A DNA stretch of 64,000 bases from Desulfatiglandales bacterium (lineage in GTDB: Bacteria > Desulfobacterota > DSM-4660 > Desulfatiglandales > HGW-15). Shown in pieces: positions 31,941-41,722 of this stretch (position 1 is the stretch's first letter; every line of letters starts with the position of its first letter). Location of the stretch: NCBI GenBank assembly GCA_963667015.2, contig CAXXJJ010000004.1:768001-832000 (forward strand). Reading direction: 5' to 3'. Under the pieces are notes generated by a model. It was not told the DNA's origin, did no database searches, and saw nothing but the letters and a program-made list of their open reading frames with translations. The position numbers and the translations under genes were made by a program.

Positions 31941-32078
31941 ATCAATTTAAAATGTGCACTTCTTGCCATAGTCTTTAAAATGGTGAAAGTTGAGATTGCT
32001 TATCGAAGTCTTTAATCCTTCGGTACCGGAAAAGTTATAATTTATAGCAATAGTCTAAACTTCTGATTTTTACGACAG

Positions 32079-32157
32079 CCTCAACGCGCAGTTGAGTGGC
32101 AAAGTTAACTTGCCGGGCGCGTTGTTTTGCCCGGTCAAGTTCAACCGATGGTTCGGC
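32079..32157 (-). other. Integron attC-like site
   Basis: Minus strand GCCGAAC-catcgg-TTGAACTTGAC-CGGGC..GCCCG-GCAAGTTAA...GTTGAGG; its R'' is the exact complement of GTTCGGC at the cassette start (33222-33228). Confidence 0.7.
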
Positions 32158-32241
32158 AAAGCCGTTGTTTCTTAATTCTGTCAAGAATGAAAACATGCCC
32201 TATTTTTTTTCCTGTTGTTTGTGTCGAAGAAGCGAACGTCA

Positions 32242-33198
32242 CTAATTAATTCGAATATAATAATAAACAGCAACATTTTTCGGACGCGTTTCAGGCCCCG
32301 ACCAACTGCCTCCCGAGTTTGTTTTTATTTCTATTTTTGCTCCCAAATTTTGACTTGCATGAAAGTTCTCGGAACCAGGGTTGATTTCTGGTAATACTGT
32401 TGATGTGTTTAAACTAAGCGAGTGCCCATGCCGAGCGATCATATCACTTTGGTAACTGCCAACCATTCGCTCAGCGGCAGGATCCTCCTTGCCATCTTTC
32501 CGAGATGATACAGATGGGTCTATGTTGTTAAGACCTCGTAAGAACATTCCTCGAAGGTCTGGGACATTTATACTGAAATTTTCAGCATAGGTAGAACCGG
32601 GGACATCTCTACCATCGGCAGGTGCCCATAAAGACGACTTTGAATCAAATCCAGGGGACAACCCTTGGATCTTGTATAGTGCTTCTGGATCCACCATTGA
32701 TGGTATCACCGTACCTATAGGCACAGTAGCTAATAACTGAGTAATTTCATCTTCCGTAAGTGACTCTATTTTTTTAACAGCATCTATCGCAGCACTTTTC
32801 ACTCTGTTTATAGCCACATCTTCAACAACTTGGCGAGTTGCATCAGAAACTCGATCCCGTATCGTCGTAATAGTCTTTTGTGACTTGAGAACGTCGTCCA
32901 CAACAAAGCTTAATCTTTTTTCCATTTTATTTTGTACATCTTTGTCAACATGGTAATCAATTATTCTGTCATCAACTCTTGATTGTATCGTGTCATCTAT
33001 ATTTTCAAATGATTTGCCAAAAATATATACAAAACCGATAGAAAAAATTGCTACCAATACCATAACTGCCCATTTTAATTGATTGAATTGGGTTTCAAGA
33101 AATTTCCGATGTTTTTCAGCATCTTCCGAGAAAAGACGACGTACGTGAAGTTCGACCAAATTATCTATTTTCAAATCCCCCGAGTTTTTTTCATTCAT
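32242..33198 (-). CDS. Cassette-borne protein: N-terminal TM and coiled coil fused to a phage tail-collar-like domain
   Basis: TM WAVMVLVAIFSIGFVYIFG; VPIGTVI..WAPADGR..VPDLRGMFLRG..VGSYQSD..ETRPKNVAVYYYIR. Confidence 0.8.
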   Translation of the reverse strand: MNEKNSGDLKIDNLVELHVRRLFSEDAEKHRKFLETQFNQLKWAVMVLVAIFSIGFVYIFGKSFENIDDTIQSRVDDRIIDYHVDKDVQNKMEKRLSFVVDDVLKSQKTITTIRDRVSDATRQVVEDVAINRVKSAAIDAVKKIESLTEDEITQLLATVPIGTVIPSMVDPEALYKIQGLSPGFDSKSSLWAPADGRDVPGSTYAENFSINVPDLRGMFLRGLNNIDPSVSSRKDGKEDPAAERMVGSYQSDMIARHGHSLSLNTSTVLPEINPGSENFHASQNLGAKIEIKTNSGGSWSGPETRPKNVAVYYYIRIN

Positions 33199-33221
33199 TT
33201 ATTCCCTCCATTATTTTGACA

Positions 33222-33281
33222 GCCGAACAAGTGATTCACCAGTTCTGGATATCATTACTTTTTGAATGTTATACAGAATGA
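33222..33281 (-). other. attI-like cassette insertion site 1
   Basis: GTTCGGC core 24 nt before the ATG; shares AACAAGTnATTC and TTTTGAATGTTATAnAGAAnGA with 63776-63836. Confidence 0.6.
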
Positions 33282-33538
33282 TGAATAGAGAAATAAAAGA
33301 ATGCAAATAAAAAAGCGCAAATAAAAATAAGTAAAAAATCTAAATATATGAAATAATGGAACTAATTAATTGGAACGATTAATGAATAAAAAATTAATTT
33401 TTATTTCTAAAATCATCGGGGTTTTAAATTTTTAAATTTTGTAAGGCAATTGAATCGTTAAACTTGATTTGATATTTTTTTATATACCCATTTTTAGATA
33501 TTTTCAAGGTGAAAATTTAAGGGATTTAATAGGTCAAA

Positions 33539-33742
33539 ATGAAAGAATGTAAACACGAATGGTACGTTTTTGCTAAGACCCAGCAGTCACGGAGCTTGTT
33601 GGTGGAGTGTCGTAAATGCAGGAGATTTGGATCGGTGGAGAATCCTACTAAACAGGAGTGGAGCGACGCTGACGAAGCAGAATCAGAGCCCTATTTATGG
33701 AAAGATAATTCAAGAGTGGTTATGTGGCCGGGCGGTCAATAA
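33539..33742 (+). CDS. Small Zn-binding-like hypothetical protein
   Basis: CKHEW...CRKC motifs; ends at the unit A hairpin. Confidence 0.55.
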   Translation: MKECKHEWYVFAKTQQSRSLLVECRKCRRFGSVENPTKQEWSDADEAESEPYLWKDNSRVVMWPGGQ

Positions 33743-33869
33743 AAAAAGCGAAAGGCCGAATGATTGGGAGTAGCATCGGATATCGCTTGAAGTTCATTCG
33801 ACCTTTCAAAAAACTAAACACATTTGAAACGTGCAGGAAAATATTAGGCGAAAATAGAAGTTACGTCAA
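33741..33869 (-). ncRNA. Putative small RNA unit A (promoter plus ~90-nt RNA)
   Basis: TTGACG-17-TAATAT, then GAAAGGTCGAATGA...TCATTCGGCCTTTC-GC-T7. Confidence 0.55.
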
Positions 33870-34027
33870 TAATGGTACATTAAAAGTATGTAAAATATGT
33901 ATTCCACAGAATCCATGAGTAAACCGGGATCAGCCCTTGACATTGTCACTTGTATAACCTGCAGGTAGCACTAAACGTCACAGTCAAAAGTGCCCCGATG
34001 CTTTTCATTTATTGTCTGTTCACAGGC

Positions 34028-34138
34028 TTGACATCGATAAATAGATAGACGTATAATCTTCATACATAGTAAATCTTTTCGTCGTGAAAAGGTTAATAGA
34101 AAGGTCAGGAGTTGGCGCTCCTGGCCTTTCGCCTTTTT
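34028..34138 (+). ncRNA. Putative small RNA unit B (promoter plus ~75-nt RNA)
   Basis: TTGACA-18-TATAAT, CTTTTC/GAAAAG hairpin, GAAAGGTCAGGAG-ttggcg-CTCCTGGCCTTTC-GCC-T5. Confidence 0.6.
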
Positions 34139-34174
34139 AAAGCTAGTTTTTACATTTTCTTAACAGTTTCATTA

Positions 34175-34290
34175 TTGACATAATACCGAGATACTTTTAC
34201 CATTTGACTACAGGGGTAATCCCCTTTGAAAGGTCGGATGATTCTCCCGTGGTTTTCGCTGCTTTTCATCATCCGGCCTTTCTCTATTTA
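34175..34290 (+). ncRNA. Putative small RNA unit C (promoter plus ~80-nt RNA)
   Basis: TTGACA-17-TACCAT, AGGGG-taat-CCCCT hairpin, GAAAGGTCGGATGA...TCATCCGGCCTTTC. Confidence 0.55.
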
Positions 34291-34362
34291 TAACAAAGAG
34301 TAGGCCCCGATGCTTTTCATTTCGATTTTGCTTTCAGACTTTTTTAATGGAATTATTTCTGA

Positions 34363-34929
34363 TCATTCAATAAACTCGTTACCAAATTTACTTAAAGGCA
34401 ATTGATATGATATGCCAATATAATAAATGGTTTTTTCTTCGGTTTTAAAATTATCTGTAACGGCATTCTCTTCAATGGTTTTACCAAAACCAAATTGCAT
34501 GTTAAGCTTGACTGCATCAAGCCACGCCCATCTGAAGGCATCTTTTTTACGTTTACGATACTCATCAAGTTTTTCCTGACCTCCAGTTAAGAAAATATCT
34601 CTTAATACTGGTTTATCAAAATAGCCTAACTTTACAGCCCATACAGACTCACTAGACCTTAATCTAAGCTGTGCTACGGCATTCTCTTCGGCTAAAAAAC
34701 CACTTGTATTAGTCTTACCAAAATTCGCGCTTAATTTCAAAGAACCAAGTAAATAGTTTTTAAAAGGAGAAGCTAAAAAAGCTCTATCGGCCTTTTCTTT
34801 TTTTTCTTTTGCCTCCTGTTCCTCGGTCATATGTTTTTTTACCCATTCATCCTCTTTGTCATTTGCATATACAGTTAATGACACTATGATTGACATGAAA
34901 ACAAATACGAATAAATTGATTTTTTTCAT
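34363..34929 (-). CDS. Exported cargo protein
   Basis: Signal peptide MKKINLFVFVFMSIIVSLTVYA; GGAGG RBS; C-terminal amphipathic beta-strand YYIGISYQL. Confidence 0.65.
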   Translation of the reverse strand: MKKINLFVFVFMSIIVSLTVYANDKEDEWVKKHMTEEQEAKEKKEKADRAFLASPFKNYLLGSLKLSANFGKTNTSGFLAEENAVAQLRLRSSESVWAVKLGYFDKPVLRDIFLTGGQEKLDEYRKRKKDAFRWAWLDAVKLNMQFGFGKTIEENAVTDNFKTEEKTIYYIGISYQLPLSKFGNEFIE

Positions 34930-35243
34930 TTCTACCTCCATATTTAAAGTTAGTAAAAATTGATTAGTTATTTTTCGTTAATATTACTTATTCTATAGGA
35001 CAGCTTGTCTGTACAGGTTGAACGATAGTGCAGAGAGAATGAGAAATAAAATTACCCAAAAAGTAAAAGATATTAATTCGCGCAGGGAAAATAATTTTGA
35101 TTTCTGTTTTTTAGAATTCACCAGAGGTAAGTAATTTACAGTAAAACTCGACTGCAAATAAAGATAGTTAAAATAATAACAAATTTTGATTAATATTCAA
35201 TACAAAAATCTAAAATCTGATTTCATGAATTGCAGGCATATAA

Positions 35244-35293
35244 GTCAGGTCTCGAATGTTTCAAATTTAAACATACGGAAATCAAGACCTGAC
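35244..35293. repeat. GTCAGGTCT...AGACCTGAC inverted repeat (REP-like)
   Basis: GTCAGGTCTCGA ... TCAAGACCTGAC. Confidence 0.5.
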
Positions 35294-35427
35294 ATTTTTT
35301 TAAAATATAGAAAAAACACGGCAACTGTCTTTAAAATTTTAATTTCTTAAAAAATGATTATATTCCCTACAATTCCCAGAGGTGACGACTGCCCTGCAGC
35401 CAGGTTGTATCTGGCTTTTTTCCCGTT

Positions 35428-35997
35428 TTATTTTTTAATTGCGTTAATAATGTTTCCGATCAATCCCGTCGCGATAGGCTGATCACCTGCCAACTGGTAA
35501 CGCGCCTGTTTTTCTTTGGTCCTGTATCCGAAATAAGCTAAAAGGACAGTTGAAGGGACGGACAGAACCGTCGCCATTAAAACCCATGAATCAGACAGGT
35601 TTTTAATGACTTCTTTTAAATTACTGGCGATTGCATAGGCCCATATTGAGACAAAAAGAATAATTGCAAAACAGATTGTTTTTGCAAACATTAAGGCAAT
35701 TTGCGGGCGGGTCGTGTTTCCGGACTTGTCTGCGTCGGCTGCAGCCTTAAAACGTTCGGTAAAGCCCTTAATTTCCTCTATTTCAACGTCAAATTCCTTT
35801 TCGTATATGTTGCCCTGAACCTCTGCAGGCAGGCTGTTAATTGCCGTTATGGCGTCCTGTCCGGTTGCCGCGTCCAGGTCCAGCTTTTTATCCTCGGGCA
35901 GGAATTCGTTGACGATGTCAAGGACGATCCCGGCCCCGGGAACAACGTTTTTTAATATTACTGACCCTGCTTTCGTTAGTATGTTTTTCAGTTTCAT
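35428..35997 (-). CDS. Holin (3TM/GTA-holin-like)
   Basis: TTRPQIAL + two TMs + LAYFGYRTKEK motif; overlaps the endolysin stop. Confidence 0.75.
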   Translation of the reverse strand: MKLKNILTKAGSVILKNVVPGAGIVLDIVNEFLPEDKKLDLDAATGQDAITAINSLPAEVQGNIYEKEFDVEIEEIKGFTERFKAAADADKSGNTTRPQIALMFAKTICFAIILFVSIWAYAIASNLKEVIKNLSDSWVLMATVLSVPSTVLLAYFGYRTKEKQARYQLAGDQPIATGLIGNIINAIKK

Positions 35998-36413
35998 GCT
36001 TTCACCCTCTCAAAATGGACCAGGTCTTGAAAATCCTGATCGGTGATCGGTTCGCGGTCCTGATCCCAATTGCCGCCCCATCTGATCTTGACGCCTTCGA
36101 CTTCCGCGGCCGCCAGGACAACGCCTGCCATAAAAATACAGTGTTCCTTTAACCAGGATACCCCGTTGATATAGGGCGCAACGTCGACCGCTTCCGCCAG
36201 GTCCCCAGGGTTTAAAACGTTGTGTTTCCCATTCGGCCACTTAACCCGGCTTTTTCCTTCCCTGAAAAATCGGTCTTGCTCTTCGCGGGATCTCCGCCCC
36301 TGGATAGCCGACATGTCAATCAAGCCCCAGGCTAATGCCCGGTCAAAAACTCTTTTAAGATCCGGAACAACCGTTTCCCATACTGCAGCCGAACGTTTCC
36401 CCCAATCCAACAT
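35994..36413 (-). CDS. Endolysin, M15-family L-Ala-D-Glu peptidase
   Basis: GRRSREEQ, KHN..AVDVAPY, IRWGGNW, DLVHFE. Confidence 0.9.
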   Translation of the reverse strand: MLDWGKRSAAVWETVVPDLKRVFDRALAWGLIDMSAIQGRRSREEQDRFFREGKSRVKWPNGKHNVLNPGDLAEAVDVAPYINGVSWLKEHCIFMAGVVLAAAEVEGVKIRWGGNWDQDREPITDQDFQDLVHFERVKA

Positions 36414-36745
36414 TAATTACCCCCTTGACCTTTTTCGTTGTGTCGGTCGTTTTCGCGAATCTCAATAACCTTCGATATTGCGGAAATCTCCGACTTGATG
36501 TCGATAAACTGCATTAAAATATTCTGGTTTGAGTTATACACAAGTGTGAACAGGGTACCGACAAACGCGATCACAATAGCTGCAACTGTAATAACAAATG
36601 CCCGGGACGTTGTCGCATCAATCGCGGTCCATATTCGGTCAATTGTCCCGTTTCCCGGTGTTTCCAGTTTATCTTTAAATTTTTCGACGTCCTTGATCCG
36701 CCTGTCAATAAGCGGGTATCCTTTGCAGTCTTCACAGTCCGGCAT
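36413..36745 (-). CDS. Single-TM lysis-module protein
   Basis: TM AFVITVAAIVIAFVGTLFTLVY; GGAGG RBS; abuts the endolysin. Confidence 0.65.
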   Translation of the reverse strand: MPDCEDCKGYPLIDRRIKDVEKFKDKLETPGNGTIDRIWTAIDATTSRAFVITVAAIVIAFVGTLFTLVYNSNQNILMQFIDIKSEISAISKVIEIRENDRHNEKGQGGN

Positions 36746-36861
36746 TTTAATATTTACCTCCTTTTGTTTTACCTTCAGCCTTTAGCGGTTTACCCTGTTA
36801 AATCCGCAAAGCGGGCTGCGAAGCAGCCTTTCACAGGGTGAACCGCTTCAGCCTTCTTTAC

Positions 36862-37104
36862 TTACACCAGCAACAAAGTATTAACCGAAGGCCGCACGTT
36901 CGATGCAGCCTGAATTATAAATTTCTGCTTGCTTTCATCCCTGGCACAAATGACAGTATCACCTGTAGCAAGAGAGAGGGATGTATCAATCCAAGTACTG
37001 GCGTTTCCGGATACAATCAAAACACGCCTCCTGACAGTATCAACTGCGCAAACCTCACCGGTTACAAAGGTACTTTTCTTCTTTTTAAGCAGCTGTTCAA
37101 TCAT
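36862..37104 (-). CDS. Small tail-module protein
   Basis: ATGA overlap with the upstream gene; OB-fold-like GEVCAVD..RVLI. Confidence 0.6.
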   Translation of the reverse strand: MIEQLLKKKKSTFVTGEVCAVDTVRRRVLIVSGNASTWIDTSLSLATGDTVICARDESKQKFIIQAASNVRPSVNTLLLV

Positions 37105-37682
37105 CGTTTAAGCTCAATGTATTTCCGGGTTTCAATCTCGGTTATCAAACTGTCCGGAGTCCCTGTAATCTGAATATCAATAACCTGGCTCAGGTCATTT
37201 ATACCGCGCCTGGTACTGTTAATTCCTGCAATTTGACCAACTTCCAGCTCCGGAAGGTGCACCCCCAATGAGATCTCCCGGATAATAGCCGCGTGGGTAT
37301 GTGCATTTATTTCTGCTGTCGCCCTTGAGGTTATTAATGTGCTGTTTCGATAGATGGCGTGGGATATCTCATCCAGTTCAACAAATGCTTTTATCTTATA
37401 TATTTTCGCCGGGTCCCCGTTTTGCCCGGCAACCACAACATGCCATTCATATTCACCCTGAAAAAGAGTTACAGGCACCGTGGCTCCGCTTTCATTGTCC
37501 AGGGTAATTTCCAATTCAACCCCATACCCGGAGGAAACACCGCTGGCTTGCAAGTTGCTTTGCGCTTCGGCGTCTGCCTGTGTTAAATACAGTTCAAATA
37601 ATATAGCGCTTCCTGTGTCCTCAAGCCTGGCAAACCAGGTAATATTCTCGTCAATGTTCCAGTTAATGATTGAGAAGGTCAT
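37101..37682 (-). CDS. Tail-module protein
   Basis: Coupled to neighbours; PELEVGQI..IDIQITG baseplate-hub-like C-terminus. Confidence 0.6.
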   Translation of the reverse strand: MTFSIINWNIDENITWFARLEDTGSAILFELYLTQADAEAQSNLQASGVSSGYGVELEITLDNESGATVPVTLFQGEYEWHVVVAGQNGDPAKIYKIKAFVELDEISHAIYRNSTLITSRATAEINAHTHAAIIREISLGVHLPELEVGQIAGINSTRRGINDLSQVIDIQITGTPDSLITEIETRKYIELKR

Positions 37683-38686
37683 TATGCCTCATGTACTATG
37701 GAGCTTACACGTTGAGCTATTACTGATCTAAAGGCAGGTGTTGCTGAGACCACAGCCAGCTCCATTTTAAAATTATCAAAAACGGTCCCATCCACCACAT
37801 CCAGCAACATCGCAAAATTATCAAGAACTGTTCCGTCAGTCACTTCCAGGAACATTTTAAAATCTTCCAGTTTAGCAGTTCCAACTTGAAGTAGCATCTT
37901 AAGAGAATCTATTACAGAAACAGCCACACTCAAATTCATAGTAAAAAAATCAAGAAAACTTCCCTCAACAACTGAAAGTAGCATTTTCAAATAATCAAAA
38001 GCATTCGCTTGAACTGTCAAATCAAGGGAGAAATCGTCAATCTGATAGGGTGCAGGTATAGGCCATGAACCATTGCTCGTTTCTATTGCAAACCAATCAC
38101 AATACGAATCTGTTGCATGGTTTGACCCTAATCCTACATATCCACCAGCCAGTGATGCGTCCGACCATGTCAGTGTCCAGTCGGCAGGCTCCTGTAAGCT
38201 GTCTTCCCATACTTTTGCATAAAAATCAGTCCCTGATATTCTGAATCTTATCCAATACCAGTCTGCACTTGTAAGGCTTACATTTACTGACGTTGCACCT
38301 GAATAGGAGAAGCTCAGATATTTAAAGATTACTAGCCTAATTGTACCGCTCGTATGCCTATTCAGATTACAGAAGTATCCGCTTCCAGAACCATTGCACC
38401 TGCCGGCAACTCTTATGCCATCTGTAGAATAAGACTCACTCTCAAGGATAGTACCCTTCATCCTTACCAGTATCTCAAAATCAGTTACAGAACTTCCAGG
38501 ATCATCCCACGATGCCATGTATTTATTAGCGGTGCTTCCGTGAATAAGGTTTGAAGACTTCCCGCCCATACCTTCAGCTAGATCAATCACAGTTATAGAT
38601 GCCAGACCGGCATTCCATCTTTCTGTCCAGTCACTTGGCTGTGCACTACTTGCATATTCACTGAAGTCTGTTTTATATAATGTCAT
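37682..38686 (-). CDS. Putative receptor-binding/tail protein with lectin-like beta-sandwich
   Basis: WYWIRFRISG..AKVW..EPADW..GYVGL; C-terminal repeated DxFxMxLxV motifs; start at MTLYKTDF (ATGA overlap). Confidence 0.6.
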   Translation of the reverse strand: MTLYKTDFSEYASSAQPSDWTERWNAGLASITVIDLAEGMGGKSSNLIHGSTANKYMASWDDPGSSVTDFEILVRMKGTILESESYSTDGIRVAGRCNGSGSGYFCNLNRHTSGTIRLVIFKYLSFSYSGATSVNVSLTSADWYWIRFRISGTDFYAKVWEDSLQEPADWTLTWSDASLAGGYVGLGSNHATDSYCDWFAIETSNGSWPIPAPYQIDDFSLDLTVQANAFDYLKMLLSVVEGSFLDFFTMNLSVAVSVIDSLKMLLQVGTAKLEDFKMFLEVTDGTVLDNFAMLLDVVDGTVFDNFKMELAVVSATPAFRSVIAQRVSSIVHEA

Positions 38687-39117
38687 ATTACTATTCCGGA
38701 ATGGGCTACTCCTGAAACTCCCATTTTCCATCCCGAAGTAGGAGCGCCTAGATACTCATGCCTCCATGCTTCTTCGTAGTGTAGCATTTTTCCATCTCGT
38801 ATGACCCAAAGATCAACTACATCCTTTTTGGGGAGCTTTCCACAAAACCAAATCGCCTGTGTTGAAGCAGCCTCAGTTCCAAACACTTGAAGTGCTTCAA
38901 TAAAAAAATTATATTTTTCAAATCCCTTCATTACCAGCCTGTGACCTGTAGGAATGAAGAATTCTATCTTTTCTATTACTCTATTAAAAACCTCATCCAT
39001 CCATCCAGGATTGTTCGATCTAATATCTGGAGTTATATATTCTCTTGGAAACATCTTCCCTTCAAAGGTGGCCTTGATCTTCCAGGAAAGCTTTTTTTTA
39101 TTCATTATATGGATCAT
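38683..39117 (-). CDS. Tail-region hypothetical protein
   Basis: GAGGTG RBS; coupled to the downstream gene. Confidence 0.6.
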   Translation of the reverse strand: MIHIMNKKKLSWKIKATFEGKMFPREYITPDIRSNNPGWMDEVFNRVIEKIEFFIPTGHRLVMKGFEKYNFFIEALQVFGTEAASTQAIWFCGKLPKKDVVDLWVIRDGKMLHYEEAWRHEYLGAPTSGWKMGVSGVAHSGIVI

Positions 39118-39693
39118 GCATCACCTCTATGAATATAAAAATCTTAAGGCTAAAACTACATCAGTCGATGAGCGGGGAGAGAACGTACTCGGAATAACCT
39201 GCTTAATGTTAAAATAAACATTCTGTGAACTAGCCAGCGGAGCATCATCCAGTTCAATCCTACTGTCAGTTCCGGCCAATGGCGTACCTGCCCATGTTGC
39301 CGAACCTGGCGCTGCATTAGTTGTGGATACTGCCTTAATGGTTGAATTTGCAGGGTTTGCATGCCATTCTTCAGATTCATAATATCCACCCAAAAATGGG
39401 TCAACATTGCTGTCATGATCTGAATTATCCCATGCTTCCAGGTACGGTTTGCCGGCTGTGGCACCGTCAAAATAAATCGAAAACGGATACCTTGTGTTTC
39501 CTCCGGATTGTCCTCCATTGATTGTCCCGGCGAGTGGCACCTGATCATAAACTGATTCTGAATTATCTTTTACAAAAGTAGTTGGTGCTTCCAAACTTCC
39601 AGACTCCGGTTTGATAACCGGATACTTTGTGCCGGAAATAGGATCTCCATCTGATTGCTGATCATCCAGAAATAGTAAGGCATCGTTAACTAA

Positions 39694-41603
39694 GGGATGA
39701 CTCAAAAATAAATTAACAGATTAAAGATGAACTATACCATAAAGCTTGAAAGCGTCTGACATGGCGATAGATATATTACATTGTAATATTAGCAGGTTAA
39801 ATATTGACAGGATTGAAAATAATTTGATATAGTTCCCCCTATTATCAATTTAATAGGGGGAACTATATCAAATGTACGCTCAAAAACCTCGGTTAAACGA
39901 AGCCTTGGAATTCTTTAAAAGCAATAAAATCGGAAGGTTAGACAATCTAAAACATGCACTTCATACCAATAGTACAATGACTGTTTTTCGATCACTCAAA
40001 GAGCTTAACTATCTTTCAAGTTATTCTCACAGGGGAAAGTACTACACCTTGCAGAACATTCCAAAATTTGATGAACTTGGTTTATGGTCCTTTCAATCGG
40101 TGTGGTTTTCCCAATATGGCAATCTCGTTGAAACGGCAAAAGAGTTTGTGGAAAACTCAAACGCCGGCTATACAACTCACGAACTTGAAGATATCCTTCA
40201 TGTTGAAACCAAACACCCCCTTCTGAGTCTTTATAAGCAAGGACGAATCAACCGAGAGAAATTCGGGGGATACTATGTGTATCTTTCCAGTGAAGTGCAT
40301 GATAAAAAAAGGCAGATTGCAGTTCGTAAAACAGGCGCTGAAAAATTTGAGGTTGACCTCTCATATGAAATTAAACTGCTCTCTGAGGAGCTGAAAGCAG
40401 CGATAATATTGTTTTTCAGTCTATTAGATGAAAAGCAGCGACGACTGTATGCTGGTTTGGAATCCTATAAATTGGGACATGGCGGAGATAACCAAATCGC
40501 AAAATTATTGGGATTGGATGTTCATACTGTTTCCAAAGGGCGTAGAGAATTATTCAGCCAGGATATAAAAGTCGATCGTATCCGCGAGAAAGGAGCCGGC
40601 AGAAAACCTGTGGAAAAAAAATTCCGCAGGTCACCGAAAGGATAAGAAAGCTTTTGAAATACGAAACAGCAGGCCATCCAATAAGCGGACTGAAGTGGAC
40701 ACGAAAAACCACGGAAAAAATATCCAGCGAACTGGAGTCTATTGGAATTATTGTTTCCGCAAATACAGTATGCAGGCTTTTAAAACAAATGGGCTTTTCC
40801 TTGAAAGTGAATTGTAAAAAAATAGAATCCGGGATAAGCAATCCGCCGGACCCGAAAAAAAGAGACCAGCAATTTGGCTATATTGCCGATTTACGCGAAA
40901 AATTTACGAAACGACAACTTCCTGTTATCAGTGTTGATACCAAGAAAAAAGAGTTGATTGGGAACTTTAAAAACTGGGGAGATTCCTGGCAGGAATCTCC
41001 CATTGAAGTTAAAGATCATGACTTCCCTAGTGATGCCAAAGGGAAAGCTATTCCATACGGTATCTATGATACACAAAAAAATATCGGTACAGTTTTTCTG
41101 GGTGTTACACGGGATACGCCCTCTTTTGCTGTTGATTCCATTGAGACCTGGTGGAAGACCGAAGGGAAAGCCAATTATCCGGATGTCAAAGAGCTGCTTA
41201 TACTGGCTGATTCGGGCGGTAGCAACAGCTGCCGATCACGGGTGTGGAAATATAAAATCCAAAAAAATATTTGTAACCGGTATGGATTATCCATCAGAGT
41301 CAGCCACTATCCTCCCGGTTCGTCAAAATGGAACCCTATCGAACATAGACTGTTTTCAGAGGTCAGCAAAAACTGGGCTGGACGTCCGCTTGATTCGTAT
41401 GAGACTGTGCTAAAATATATCCGTACTACAAAAACATCTACAGGCCTCAAGGTGAAAGCACATTTTGTCAGAAAAAATTATAAAACAGGAGAGAAAGTTT
41501 CTAACAAACAAATGGATCAAATAGCCATCAAAAATGGCCTATTACCTGAGTGGAATTATATTTTACATCCAACTAAAATGTGATTTTATTTTTGAGTCAT
41601 CCC
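39694..41603 (+). mobile_element. ISAzo13-family insertion sequence, 1910 bp
   Basis: Perfect 19-bp terminal IR GGGATGACTCAAAAATAAA; TAA target duplication at 39691-93 and 41604-06. Confidence 0.93.
39872..41583 (+). CDS. ISAzo13 DDE transposase, two ORFs joined by -1 frameshift at A8 (40614-40621)
   Basis: LDEKQRRLYAG..GAGRKPVEKK / IPQV..ETAGHP, ISVDTKKKELIG, ADSGGSN, YPPGSSKWNPIEHRLFS. Confidence 0.9.
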
Positions 41604-41722
41604 TAAGTCTATTACAACCCAGTTAGAACTTGCCCCTCCAGTTCCTCCAGTTGCATTACCAGAATTGATACCGTCATTCACTGTATTGTTGTATAGCCAA
41701 TATCTATTTGGGAGCGCCATAC

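Larger units (their letters stand above)
39127..41720 (-). pseudogene. Tail-region structural gene interrupted by ISAzo13
   Basis: 5' part 41604-41720 (MALPNRYWLYNN...WVVIDL) joins in frame to 39127-39690 (VNDALLFLDD...) once the IS and one TAA copy are removed. Confidence 0.85.
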
